A stretch of DNA of 64,000 bases from Pristiophorus japonicus (GCF_044704955.1 NC_091996.1:28024001-28088000); one strand, 5' to 3'; positions 23,071-36,107 are shown, counted from the stretch's first letter. The notes: generated from the letters alone by a model not told the origin. Program-made: numbers and translations.

Positions 23071-25666
23071 AAATTGGCCATAAGTTTCTTTCTCTGGCGT
23101 TGTCTCTGTGGGAGATTGTAGGAATGTGGAGGTGGGAAGAAGGGATGATGGGGATAGTGTGCAGAAGTTTCACCATGCCTGGATGCGACAGGCTTGATGG
23201 ACCAGTTGGTCTTTATCTGTCCTTTTTTGTATATTCATAATTTAAAAAAAGCACACTGCAGTGTGAACAATGCTTTTCCTTTTTCCACGGCCCTGGATTG
23301 CTGCTGAACTGTTGAGACGATTGTGCAGTTTACTTAAAATGATGGAAGTGACCAACCTGCAGTCCCCACAAGGTGTAGAAATCTTTCATTTTGGTTTGCT
23401 GCTTATCTTGTCAGTAAGTTGTATAGTGGAGCTTTGGTTGTAAACGGAGAACCTGTTAGAATGTAGAATGACCCTACATTTGTAAAAGCTATGGGCAGAA
23501 ATAGTGCAAACCTCCTGAAATCCTACTTGCTTAAAGATACAAATTTAGGTATCTAAATTCTGCTTAATAGGCAGCTTGAATTCAAGGCTGTGAGAACACA
23601 ACCAGGCTCAGGAGAATTGTAGAAAAGTTGGTTGCTTCCTGTACTTTTTTGCTATTCATCCGGGGGCTTGTTAAATTGCTTCACTTGTGCTAATTGCTGT
23701 AGCTATATACAGCGATGCTGAGTCTCTTGGAAACTCAGCATCCCTTCAAGTGTTATGCACACGTGGTTGTGCATGATTCGGCCTGCGTTTCCTGGCAATG
23801 CACTGCAAAATCTACTTATTAGTGTTGGCTTTTCTTTGACTATACTAGGTATGGCATGCCTAGTAACGTGTTGTACACGATAGAGGTTTTGTAATGGATT
23901 GGCATAAGACAATTCATGTGGGTTCCCAAGTGAAATAGTGTGCACTAGCATTGAATGCATTCAGCTGCTTGACCTAGCAGAGTGGTGCCTTAATTTTCAG
24001 CTGTGATGTACAGATGTAAATCATATCTAGGCTTTAAATGACTTTCCACAAACTATATAGCTGGCTATTGGCATGCTGGTATTAGTCCTGTTAAGACGTG
24101 AATAGAATCTGTAGATCTGCAAATCGTAATTATAATCCTTATTCGCACCAGTATAAACATTAATTTGAGGCCAGGTAAGTGAGTACGTAAAGGTAGAAAA
24201 GGGGTTTCTCTACTACTGAGAGTATAAGTGAATCGAGAAATGCTGGGGTATGTTGTGCATTTGTGTATTATAGTTCAACTACCTTATTTGAATTTAATAC
24301 ATTCCAAAGTCAAATTTTCACAGTTTTAAATGCGAGTATCTTCAGTTTTAAACTAAGGTTTGCTACAGGCTAATGTTTAGCACAACTTCTATGTGTATTA
24401 TGGACCACTTCCTTACTGAGCACAAGGAACTATGTCAGTTGCAATATAATGCAACTGGTGATTTTTGCATGTTATCCAACTGCTTGTTAGTAATGCAAAA
24501 CAATTTTACATATTTTGTCTCTAACTGCTAACTTCCTTTTACATAGCAGCAATATTCTCAATTAGATATTTACTTTCTCATTAGTCACTCTTCTTCATTT
24601 GTTTGTAGTTCTGCTTTAAATCCAGGGGAATACAGGCAAGGGAAAGACGTGAAGTGGTTCACCTTACAATTCTGGTAGTTGGTTACATTTCTGTGCAGAA
24701 GAATGTTTTTTTTATTGTCTTGTAAACTAATCGAACTATATATTTTCAACAATGGATGCTCTGGGCTAGTTAATTTATTTTTTTCTTTACTGTGTGATTT
24801 GTTACTGATTCAAGCATTCCTTCTCTCTTTTCCCTTGTCCCCACCCGTTTGCTCTCTGATACTCTTGCATGTTATGTAGTTTGAGACTGGGAGTAACTGC
24901 AGAATGCATTGACCGTACAAATAACCTATAATCAAGGAATGATGGTGAATTTAGTGCAGCATTTGTTTACTTTTTCTTGCCTTGCCCTAAAGGCAGTGAC
25001 TTGTGCTGAGGAGATGGGTTCAGTGAGTGTCATCAGGCTTCTAAATTGCTTTGAGTGGCGCCAGTACAATCGCATCAGATCCCTCCTCACCTGGCTTTAG
25101 TGAATGATTTCCAGCAGGAGTTACAGCATCGTAATTGAACCTGAAGCAGCCTAACTTTGCTCCCTACTTAGCTTGGCACTGAAAACATTACAGTGACCCT
25201 TCCTGCTTCCCAAGCTGAGATCAGCAATTTAAAACAAGGGATTGAATCTGGGACCTTTCTGTTCTGTATAGCTGAGCGGCATGCCAAGTGATGTCTTTCC
25301 TTGCTGATATCCAGCACTTTCATGGCAAGTAGCCAGCAACAAAAGTTTGTGACCCTCTTGGGTTTGAAGCTTTTTCCTTTTTTTAAAAAAAATTTAAAAG
25401 GTCAGTTTGTTACCCATTCCACTTTATTTGAGATTATAAATGTAAAACTAAAGGGTTTATTTTGGTGAAGGAAGGAAGATAAATTGAGTCAATTATTGAA
25501 TCATTTGTTCATGTTGGGATGTTGATTCTCGTGCACACATTACGGTGCACAAAATGGATGCCTTTGAAGATTTTCAATTCCGTGACCTCCTGTATTATGA
25601 CAGAATGAAGGTTAGCTAAGTTTAAAACTTTTTAAAAACAACAATTTCCATTCAGCTGCTTTATTT

Positions 25667-26110
25667 AGAAACATAGAAAATAGGTGCAGGAGTAGGCCAT
25701 TCGGGCCTGCACCACCATTCAATATGATCATGGCTGATCATGCAACTTCAGTACCCCAGTCCTGCTTTCTCTCCATACCCCTTGATCCCTTTAGCCGTAA
25801 GGGCCACATCTAACTCCCTTTTGAATATATCTAACGAACAGGCCTCAACAACTTTCTGTGGTAGAGAATTCCACAGGTTCACAATTCTCTGAGTGAAGAA
25901 GTTTCTTCTCATATCTGTCCTAAATGGCTTACCCCTTATCCTTAGACTGTGACCCCTGGTTCTGGACTCCCCAACATCGGGAACATGCTTCCTACATCTA
26001 ACCTGTCCAATCCCGTCAGAATTTTATGTTTCTGAGATCCCCTCTCCTCTAAATTCTAGTGTAGTCGATCCAGTCTTTCTTCATATGTCATTCCTGCCAT
26101 CCTGAGAATT
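25667..26110 (-). mobile_element. CR1/HER1-type 3' fragment
   Basis: AGAAACATAGAAAATAGG tail; closely similar to 13779-14250. Confidence 0.9.
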
Positions 26111-26367
26111 TGTGTTTGTATTGCATTCTGTACTCTTGAATGTCACAATGTGGTGGTTGAAGGGTGGGCATGGGGAGGAGAATGGTTGGGGATGTGGAAT
26201 CTAGAGGAGTCACTCCAGGTCTCAGCAGTAAACCCCAATGGTCCAGGTCACTGCCATCTCTATGGTACTAGCAGAGGACTGAAATATTTCCTGCTGTGGA
26301 GAGAGAAAATGTAGATGCCTTAAAATGTAACCTTATGTTTTAAAAAGGGTATTTGGTGATTCCTTAT

Positions 26368-27195
26368 AAACATAAAAGGAGCAGGAGTCGGCCATTTGGC
26401 CCCTTGAGCCTGCTCCACCATTTAATAAGATCATGGCTGATCTGATCATAAACTCAGCTCCACTTCCCTGCCTGCTCACCATTGTTAATACGGATTATTT
26501 TTCCCTCAATCTGTTTCAGCGAATACACTGACACACGAACACCAAAGCAGCTTATAACAAAGCAGTCTTTATTATTTGTTTCACCGGCCGGGACTTATCA
26601 GAACAAAGGAACGCTCTCCCTCAGAGTGCATCCACTTCCCTCGGACAAGCCCCGTTACAATGTAGGGGCGCAACGGTTATACACTTTCAGTACGTAATAC
26701 AATTGAGGGACCTTCAGTTCACCCTATCCTTTGTGATCCCTCCTTCCCTTTGTCCACTCATGAGCCGATACCTGGCCTTCCTTGCCCAATTAGATACGGG
26801 CAAGTGGTTATAGCAACTTTTTCTCACAAAGAGCTTTCTCACCCATTGCTTGTAAATGTTACAATTTTACTGGCGTGACGAGTAACTAAGACCTTGAGCG
26901 AGTCTGTTATTTGTGCTGATGTTGTAATATTTGCAGTCTGACATTCTTTTAGTTATTCTTCCATGATTCCTTTGTTCACTTCACTGTCTCTATTGCTTAT
27001 ACATTTTCACACATTCACACCATAACCCTTTATTCCCTTATCACTCAAAAATCTGTCTATCTCCACCTTAAATATATTCAATGGCCCAGCCTCCACAGCT
27101 CTCTGGGGCTGAGAGTTCCACAGATTTACAACCCTCTGAGAAGAAATTCCTCCACATCTCAGTTTTAAATGGGCGGCCCCTTATTCTGAGATTAA
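26368..27195 (-). mobile_element. CR1-type 3' fragment hosting solo LTR copy 2
   Basis: CR1 3' UTR (GGAGCAGGAGT..GGCCATT..CAGCTCCACTTCCC) continues after the LTR. Confidence 0.85.
26483..27019 (-). mobile_element. Solo LTR, copy 2 (537 bp)
   Basis: TG...CA ends, 4-bp TSD CCAT (26479-26482 / 27020-27023); same family as 8920..9454. Confidence 0.88.
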
Positions 27196-27577
27196 AGGAG
27201 GTTGGGATGCTGTGGAGGACTGCAGTTCATTAACCAGCCCTGTTGTAGATGTTTACAAAATCAAGAAATGCTCTTCAATAATTACATTAATAAGGGTAAT
27301 GGTGTTAACTGAGTCAAGAATTGCAGTTACGCCATTCTGAAGAAAATATGTACTGACTTTGTAACCTTTGTAAGCGGGACCCTTGATGGGGATAGGCAGA
27401 CTGTAACAATTAACTTCCATAAAAGACTCCAGCACAGCTGTTTGCAATATCCATTGAGCCATAATTATATTGAATGGTTATTGACCTGTTTTTTTTTCAG
27501 AGCCTGTGTATTAGACTTCAGTCAGAAATTTGGTGGTTTTTGATTGGTTGATTGAAGTAATTTATTTTCTCTTTTAG

Positions 27578-27673
27578 CGACTATGTGACTATGTATGTGA
27601 TTTGCTCTTGGAAGAGTCTAATGTTCAGCCAGTGTCTACACCAGTTACTGTCTGTGGGGACATACATGGACAG
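27578..27673 (+). CDS. PPP6C: PPP6C coding exon 2 ([32 protein letters not shown])
   Basis: Acceptor ttttctcttttag, donor CAG|GTGAGT; contains the PPP-family GDIHG metal-binding motif. Confidence 0.98.
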
Positions 27674-28064
27674 GTGAGTTTATTTTAAATTTAGTTGAGA
27701 TTTAATCTTTTGTTCCTTGAAGGGCCAAGAACATTCAAACATTCACTCCTGTCTGAATTCTAGTTTAAGTACATCTAGCAATATAATTTGTGTTGCGGAA
27801 TAAAGGGGGCATCCTACTCCTGGCTGACCATAACTGACTTCAGAAATGTACAGCAGCTTAATAATTTTTAGTTATCCTTTGAATCTGCGTCTTAAATGCC
27901 AATTTAGAATTTCCCCCTTTAATGTGAGTTAAACTGCAGCCAGATGTTTACTTCAGAGCTGCAAATAGTGGCTGCTTCATGCTACATCCATGACTAGTGG
28001 TTGGTGCAGATTTGTTTAAAGTTGGGTTCATTTTGTTTTTTGTATGACCTAAAGGTGTTTTCTG

Positions 28065-29096
28065 TTCGGCGCCGGAAAATAAAACTCGCGATTCTGGAGA
28101 GCCCTGCAGCTCCTGTCTGTTTGGCGGGCGCCCAGGGGGGGCGGAGCCTACACTCGCGCCGATTTTGTACATGGGAGGGGGCGGGTACTATTTAAATTAG
28201 TTTTTTTCCTGCCGGCAACCCTGCGCGTGCGCGTTGGAGCATTCGCGCACGCGCAGTGTGAAGGAAAACATTGGCACTCGGCCATTTTTGTAGTTCTTTG
28301 TAGCTGTTTAATTTTTGAACATTTTTTAATAAAAGCACATTGCCATCAGCACTGAGGCTTCCTGCAGCCTTCTCACTGTCTCCTTCCCGCCCGCCGTCTG
28401 GAACGTCCCCCCCCCCCCCCCCCCGCAGCTGCGTTCGGGCGGGCGGGCCCGCTCTCCCTCCCTCCCGCCGTCTGGCAGGCCCGCCCTCCCCTCCCTCCTG
28501 CCGTCGCTCCCCCCCCCCCCAGCTGCATTCGGGCGGGCGGGCCCACACTCCCCTCCCTCCCGCCGTCGGGAACGGCTTCCTCCTTCCCCCCCCCCCCCCC
28601 CTGCCATCGGGAACGAACGAACTTGTGAGGCTGGCTGAAGCACTTTCACACAGGTAGGAAGATGGTTTATTTAATCTTTTCTTTGCTTATAAATGTTTAT
28701 TCAGGTTGGATTTATTTGCATAAGTATAAATAAGGATTTATTGTAGAATTTAATGACTTCCCTCCCCCCCCCCCCCCACCTCGTTCTGGACGCCTAATTT
28801 GTAACCTGCGCCTGATTTTTTTAATGTGTAAAACAGGTTTTTTCAGTTCTACAAAAATCTTCACTTGCTCCATTCTAAGTTAGTTTGGAGTACGTTTTCA
28901 CTGTGGAAACTTTGAAATCAGGCGTCAGTGGCCGGACACGCCCCCTTTTGAAGAAAGAATTCTGTTCCAAAGTAGAACTGTTCTACCTGACTAGAACTGC
29001 AGAAAAAAAATGTGGAGAATTGCGATTTCTAAGATAGTCCGTTCTCCACCAGTTGCTCCTAAAAATCAGGCGCAAATCATGTGGAAACTTGGGCCC
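28065..29096. mobile_element. GC-rich non-autonomous element with poly-C and CCCGCCGTC repeats; one TIR-like end (GGAAACTTGGGCCC)
   Basis: Abrupt CpG-rich block inside AT-rich intron 2; terminus resembles the family A termini; left TIR not found. Confidence 0.6.
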
Positions 29097-29466
29097 ATTA
29101 TATTGCTAGATGTACTTAAACTAGAATTCCGATGGGAGTGAATGTTCTTGGCAGCCATTGGGGTTTATTGCTGTGAGCATCTCATTCTGTTAGCTGCATC
29201 TAAAAGCTTACTGGTACCCTGGAGAATATGTTTTACAGAAATTCTACAGATTGCATCATGTGAAAAGTTAACATTTGTGTTAGCGCAGTTAGTAATTTGG
29301 GTGCAGTAGTTGTGATGTGCAAGCTATGCATGTAGTAAGAATATTCAGAACTAATGTTTACTTTACAACTATTGGTTCCTTTTCATTTTTGCAGTAGACT
29401 TCATGTTTATACTGTACAAAATGTTCAACCGCATATTGACAAACACATTTTAAATGCTTTTTGCAG

Positions 29467-29532
29467 TTTTATGACTTGGGTGAGCTGTTTAGAACTGGAG
29501 GTCAGGTTCCTGACACAAATTATATTTTTATG
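29467..29532 (+). CDS. PPP6C: PPP6C coding exon 3 ([22 protein letters not shown])
   Basis: Acceptor tttttgcag, donor ATG|GTAAGT; in frame with exons 2 and 4. Confidence 0.97.
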
Positions 29533-30023
29533 GTAAGTATGTGTTTGTAAGTTATCATGATGTGTATTTCTTGAGTTTTAAAACCCAAATTTTTTTTTTT
29601 AATGAGTTCAGTTGTAAAGTTTAAAAAATGGCTCTCTGGCCTTCGTTGTTGATATTTATTGCATTTGTGTCTAAAATTGATCAGAAGTTTTGATTGCGAG
29701 ACCACATTATGAAAGCAAGAGAACTTGTTGGTATTGTATGAAACAGAAGGGCTGTTAAATGTGCACTTAAACATCAAAAATTAATATTTAAATTACATAT
29801 TGTATTAAGTTTTAAAAATAAATTTGTGTGCATTGTTTCAAGATTGTATAGATGCACTAAGTATGTTAGCTGCTTGCCAATATCATATATAATATATTGA
29901 TTGCAGGAATAGTCCTATTACTTGCTATTTTTCAATCGCATATATTTCTAATGTCACACAATAATGATTTACTTGCTCTATTTTGAATCATCTGTAATAC
30001 TAACACCATTGCCACTTTAACAG

Positions 30024-30165
30024 GGTGACTTTGTGGATAGAGGGTATTACAGTCTCGAAACTTTCACTTACCTCCTTGCACTGAAGGCGAAATGGCCTGA
30101 TCGCATCACACTCCTCAGAGGAAATCATGAAAGCAGACAAATCACTCAAGTCTACGGGTTCTATG
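30024..30165 (+). CDS. PPP6C: PPP6C coding exon 4 ([14 protein letters not shown]...[16 protein letters not shown])
   Basis: Acceptor ctttaacag, donor G|GTAATT; GDxVDRG and RGNHE catalytic motifs. Confidence 0.98.
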
Positions 30166-30302
30166 GTAATTAGTAAATAGTTTCAAGCTAAGTGGACTTT
30201 TAAAGTTTTGGGGGGAAAAGAAACCAAATTTCTTGATCAATGTTTTGTCAAATTCCAGTATTTTAGATGTTCAACAAAACTAAACATGGTTTGCTTTTAC
30301 AG

Positions 30303-30382
30303 ATGAGTGCCAAACAAAGTATGGAAATGCTAATGCTTGGCGGTACTGTACCAAAGTCTTCGATATGCTCACAGTAGCAGCT
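30303..30382 (+). CDS. PPP6C: PPP6C coding exon 5 ([27 protein letters not shown])
   Basis: Acceptor cttttacag, donor GCT|GTAAGT; phase-1 junction completes Asp127. Confidence 0.98.
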
Positions 30383-33089
30383 GTAAGTAGATACGTTTGT
30401 GTTGAAAAATTTTGTAGATTACTTGATGTATTAAAATTGGATGCAAGGAAATTAGCACCCCTTGTGCAAAAGACTTGTTAACACTAGGGGGCTCCACACT
30501 AGTGAAAGTGAACTGAACTCCTGGTTTGGCAAGAGCAACCTAAGCTGATGGGATTTCTTCTGCTGAATACTGTTCCATTTGTCAGGGAAGCTACCAAGTG
30601 GAGGCTATATTATTGAGGAAGAGACAAAAATTAGGTAATCCCAATTGCAGTCGTTTGCATTCTTGAATCAGTTTAATCAGCGATGGACACCAAGCGATAG
30701 ATTCCTTGTCTATTCTTTGAATTTCTCTGCCCACTCCTGCGAAGGAATTGTGGTTCCACTTGTTTGTTAATCCGCAGGTATCAGTTGCATTATTCACAGT
30801 AGCCGTACTATATATGTTTTTTAACAGCCTATTTCAGCACTGGAAAGCCCTTCACAGTGGTTAGATGATCTGGTTGTAAAATATTCTCTGCTGATATAAT
30901 TCACTCCTGTTTAGAAGTACTGTATCACGATCTTCTAAGTGAAGCTTAAAGTTCCCTCTGGTGAGTGGAATATGCCAGCTAGTTACTGTAGATTCAACAA
31001 GTGCTCGTCTCACTGAGCCCTTTAAACAGGAGTGAATTCTAAAGTGTGAATGAGTAGAGCAGATGTTGAATATACGATAATGTATTGGTGTATTCAACAG
31101 TATCATCTGGTAACTACAACATTTAGTACATTATACTTTTGAGAGCAAAGGATGTATGTGGAACAGCATATTTTGATCTCAACATCAGAGTCTATATTAA
31201 TCAGACTTTAAGATGAAATATGAACTTGCAAAATTGTTCATTGTTTAAGTCTGTTGTAGTTTTTAATTCTTTGGTTGTAAAAGGTACATTTTCACTTGAA
31301 AGTGAAGTTGACATGCTGATACTAACTAGAGATTTCACAAGAAGATCCATTGTTAAGTCAGTCACTTTTTAGACCATCTGGACTTTTGTTCAGTTCCTGT
31401 GAGACAAATCTTGACACAGAACAAGAATCTAAATGTAAGCTGTTAGTCGTGGCTAGAAATAAAGAAATACAAAATTCTGCTCCATACTTTGTTCAAAGAA
31501 TATTATGAATTGCATGTTTGAGAAATTTAAATTAGGTTGGCCAATCTTGCCTAAAACTGTAATACAGCCAAATTAATTCCCTTTTTGTCCATCATGTTCT
31601 GTTGTTTTATCTCATGAATTTTTGTTTTAGATCTAGCCCAAATGGATGAAATGTGCTTGTCCAAACCAAGACCATTCAGTCCCCATAACAGTCAGTCTTA
31701 GCCGAGATCTACTGGTTGCAGTTGCACCACTGCTTATGCCATTCTCCTTCAGCCAGCGGGATCCAGTAATGGAAATTGTAAAATTTACATGTGAGACACA
31801 TGGAAATGTGGAGCGAGATCACACCGCATCTAACCTATGCTTTACTACCACTTGCCATTGTAGAATACCTTTAACATGGCAGAACAAGCCAAGACACTTC
31901 ACAAAAAAGGGGCTGGGGGAGGAGGAGAAACTGACAGGAGTTAGTAAAGGTCGGCGGCTGAAACTGTTGAGACCCTTTGGGGCTTTTTAGGGTGAGGAGA
32001 GGTTCAGCAAAGTGGAGGAGAATTCCTGAGCGCATATAATAGAATGGTTGGCTGGAAGTTCTGCCACGCATGGCAGGACAGAGGGAATGGGAATAATGCA
32101 TATTTAGAACTGCGGAAGTGCAAGCTGGAACGTATGGCTTTAACTTCGAAAATAAGATATGCAAAACGAACGATTAATAAACTAGGACAGTGTTGTCATT
32201 GGGTAGAAATTGCTGACGAGCAACAGGTATGGCACTATGACACCGTTTTAGCCACATGCACTAACTCTAAAAGAAATGCCTTCCAAACACTTGCACGATA
32301 CAATTAAATGTACTTCACGTGTGTATATTTGCAGGGACCATACAATAACCAAGGAAGTAAAGCACTCCACGATCAAAACATTTGTGCATTCTGCATTTTG
32401 TCTTAATATTTTACCAACAAATGCACAAAAAGGTTGAAGTACACGTGTATGCCATGCAAATGTGTACTGAGGTCATATGCTCAACAATGGTGTCTATTAC
32501 TGTCTTTTTATTTATTTTACTAATCAAACGCATCTAGATTCCCAATTGGCCACACATAGCTAGTGACCAATGTATTGGACAACACTGAACTTGGATAAGG
32601 ACTTGGATAAGGATTTTGAATTTACTGCATTGGAATGGGGGTGAGCATGGCCATGAAGGAGGGGATGATGTCACTTTGACTTGAGAGTGAAAAATAGAGT
32701 GCTTTTAAAGAGAAATGGTTCAATTAATCAGACCATTTTTAAAAGCTTTATCTTGCGAATGAATTGTCTTGTTCTGTGTAATGTACAATTTCCAAAGCAT
32801 GGTACTAATAAATCTGCATACAAATGTATAACTAGTACTTCAATGCGTGTTTTACAGCAAAATAGCTCAAGTATAGTTTTATGCTGATGGAACTACAATT
32901 TTAATTTTCAGTTGCTATGAACTCTGGGAGGGAGAGAAGAGCAAAGGCTTGGAAGCAAAGCGGAGATACCACCCATGTCCACACTGGACTATATTGGCTC
33001 CGAAGCCCCCGTGCCTCAAATTTAATATGTTTATCCTCCATGGTCGTCTCCAGCTGAATTCTTCCCCATCCCCAATTTGCATGCCCTTT

Positions 33090-33660
33090 ACTTTTGAATC
33101 GAGCCTTGTGCAATTGGTTAGACTAGAGTTGGGATGCTCTGTGCAGGTTTGGACACCCTATTATAGAAAGGCTGTTCAAGCCCATAGCGAGTGCATAGTA
33201 TTGATTGACCAGGATGATGCCAGGGTTGGGGAACTATAGTTATGAAGAGACCTTTTGAGATATTAGGACTTTCCACATGAGCAGAAAAGGTTAAGAGGAG
33301 ATTTAACAGAAGTTTTTAAAGTTCTGAAAGGGTTTGATTGAGTGAATAACGAAAAGCTGTTTCCTTCAGTTGTGGAATCATCGAGAGGTCATCAATGTTA
33401 ACGTTGTAACTGAGCGTGAGGAGAGAGGTTAGGTGGAATTTCTTTGCATGGGGCTCTTGGACCAAGAAATCAGTGAGTGTTTATCGCACTTTTTTTGAAG
33501 GGAAAATTGGATAATTATTTGCAGCAGAGGAAGATAAAACTCTCTGGGGCGGGGCGGGAGGGGGAGCGGAGGAAGGAGTGGGTCAGTTAGACTAGTTTTG
33601 GATTTCTCTAGCGAAGAGCTGACAGATATGATGGGTTGAATGGCTTCTTTGTGTGTTGTT
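33090..33660 (+). mobile_element. Old CR1-type 3' fragment in intron 5
   Basis: Degenerate LVRxxLxxxVQxW RT C-terminus and 3' UTR. Confidence 0.65.
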
Positions 33661-33751
33661 TTATAGATAAATACATCTATACTTTGAGCATTATTTATTT
33701 TTATAACACATTTAATTATGAAGGCAATTAATTTGTGTTTTTCCATATCAG

Positions 33752-33961
33752 TTGATAGATGAACAGATCTTGTGTGTGCATGGCGGACTTTCTCCTGATA
33801 TCAAAACTCTAGATCAAATCCGAACCATTGAGCGTAACCAGGAGATCCCACACAAAGGAGCCTTCTGTGATCTAGTATGGTCAGATCCTGAGGATGTGGA
33901 TACCTGGGCCATCAGTCCTCGAGGAGCAGGCTGGCTCTTTGGGGCAAAGGTTACAAATGAG
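33752..33961 (+). CDS. PPP6C: PPP6C coding exon 6 ([15 protein letters not shown]...[11 protein letters not shown])
   Basis: ORF track 33752..34018; acceptor ttttccatatcag, donor GAG|GTAAGC; HGGLSP and WSDP motifs. Confidence 0.98.
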
Positions 33962-34804
33962 GTAAGCTGTCAAACTACAGACTCAAAGTACTTCTCTGTA
34001 TTGAGTTATGCAAACTGAGTCACTACTCTATTTTGGGGGTAGGAGGGAAAGCCAATTTAAAAATGAATTACCAGTATTAACCAAAATACTTAAGATTATA
34101 ATCTGCTCAAACTATAGTTTCATACTTACTGTTGTACTGTGTTCCACATTTTCCACATTTTATCATGTATCTGTATCTCTGCCTTGCTTCACACAGTTCA
34201 AAAGGATCCTTTTTTTGAAATCTACAAAGTTTTTGAAACTTAAGTTTTATTTGAAATTCAGAGACATGACCATTAAAGGTGTCTGGAGATTTTGAGCTGT
34301 GCAACAAAAGGGCCAGTGCTGATGGATACAGGTGTGTCATTATGATAGCCATTCAGGATGTCTCCAGGCCACTGGACAGTGATATTTTCCTTTCCCCTCC
34401 TCCTCCTCCCCTCTCCCAAACTTAGTGCGATTTATTTCCGAGCTCCTAACGTTTATTGCTATCGTGGCCAAGATAGGTTGATTTGGCACAGGCTGCAGAT
34501 TAGACTTTCTGGTCTATATGTATTGGTTACTTGTTGGAAAAGCTTCTTTACTTTAATTTGTTTCCCCCAAAATGTATTGGTGCAATATGCACCATGAGTC
34601 TGGTGACAGCACTGCACACACCTCTTGGTCTACAATGGCCATTACTTCAAACGTTTCTTTAATTCAGTAATGGAACACTAAGTGCTGCTCTGCTCCTCTC
34701 CTCTGCTTTTCAACTTTGGTATTTGAACTAAATATAATAAATTTCAACCATGGGCAGTTCCTTTCTAGATTGTAACTTTTTTTTTTCTTTTTCTTGTTTT
34801 ATAG

Positions 34805-35053
34805 TTTGTTCACATCAACAACCTGAAACTAATCTGCCGAGCACATCAGCTCGTTCACGAAGGATATAAATTCATGTTTGATGAGAAGTTGGTGACTGTG
34901 TGGTCTGCTCCTAACTATTGCTACCGTTGTGGAAATATTGCATCAATCATGGTCTTCAACAACGTAAACTCAAGGGAGCCAAAGCTATTTCGTGCAGTTC
35001 CAGATTCAGAGCGTGTAATCCCACCAAGAACAACAACACCGTATTTCCTTTAA
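34805..35053 (+). CDS. PPP6C: PPP6C coding exon 7 ([15 protein letters not shown]...[11 protein letters not shown]...TTTPYFL*)
   Basis: Long polypyrimidine acceptor ending atag; RAHQ and SAPNY motifs; C-terminal TPYFL typical of PP2A-like phosphatases; TAA 35051-35053. The exons sum to 918 nt = 305 aa plus stop. Confidence 0.98.
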   Translation, partial: FVHINNLKLICRAHQLVHEGYKFMFDEKLVTVWSAPNYCYRCGNIASIMVFNNVNSREPKLFRAVPDSERVIPPRTTTPYFL

Positions 35054-35190
35054 AATATATTTTGTTCTCGGTAAAAAAAATCTTAAAATACAGTGTGCAC
35101 AATGGACTGTAAACATACATTGTGTTGTGTAGACAAGATTCAAGATGTAGAATTTCAACCATTCTAACAAATATTTTAAATGCTAAATTG

Positions 35191-35385
35191 AATAAAGTGG
35201 TCTAAAGGGCTGCCTTTTTCTTTGTTTTTAATGCTAGCAGATATTGAGAAGCTGATTTATGTGCTCCAGTAATTAAAAAATTTGTACATTAAAATAATTG
35301 TATTGATCAGTTTTCAAATTTCATTGTATTTTAATATAGTAATATGGTGACGACGACTCTCAGAGGTTAAAATATTGGAAATAAA
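35191..35385 (+). terminator. PPP6C: Candidate PPP6C polyadenylation signals (AATAAA at 35191-35196 and 35380-35385)
   Basis: Canonical hexamers in the AT-rich 3' UTR, each followed by T-rich sequence; the site actually used cannot be determined from sequence. Confidence 0.6.
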
Positions 35386-36107
35386 CTGCTTTATTATTAA
35401 CTTGAATGTTTACTGCCCTTTCTGACTTTGATCAGCTAACTTTAAATTTGCTAGGCGATGGTATATTATTACAGAAGAATGAAATCAGCTATCCATCTAC
35501 TGAAACATGAAGACTTGTATATAATTAGACCGTTAATGTGCAAATTAAGCATTTAGTGGTGCAAGTTATTTAACACTTACTTATTTATAAAACATTTATA
35601 TTTAGACTCTTCAATGTTGTATCTGCTTTTAGTTTCTGAATATTTTGAAGCTTCATAATTGCGTAACTTATCAAAATGTTGGAGTAATTAACCAACCTTG
35701 TTTGGGGTTGGAAACTTTCCTCTTGGCCAAGCACATCTGGGAGGTTTTTGCTTTTCCCCCCCCTTTTCTCCTGAATACATTTGACTTTCTTTCATCTTGG
35801 AATATGGTTCCATAGACACTGAATGTCATCCAGTACCTTGCCCAAGTACCCATTATTACTTTGCCAGCCTTGATGGTGAGTACTGGCATGCTAGTCAACT
35901 GAGTGACATCCAATCCAGTTGACAGCTGATTTCCTCTTGGAATATGGACAACCATTTTGCAGTACTGTTGGGAAAATGAGTTTTTTTTTTGTATTTTATG
36001 GAATTAAGAATTTTGTGCATTTCAAAGAGCTGAATGGTCTGCTGCCTTTAAAATTCTTATAAATATGCTATGTATATTCAAGCAACTAAAGTTTTTGCAC
36101 TTGTACG

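Noticed and set aside
28192-28657. GC-rich block as an alternative promoter or coding exon
   Set aside because: It lies inside a repeat-like element with a TIR-like end, and the ORFs are low-complexity
32590-32615. ACTTGGATAAGG tandem duplication (and a duplicated block at about 57617-57705)
   Set aside because: Only two units each; ordinary slippage duplications, not CRISPR-like or otherwise structured arrays
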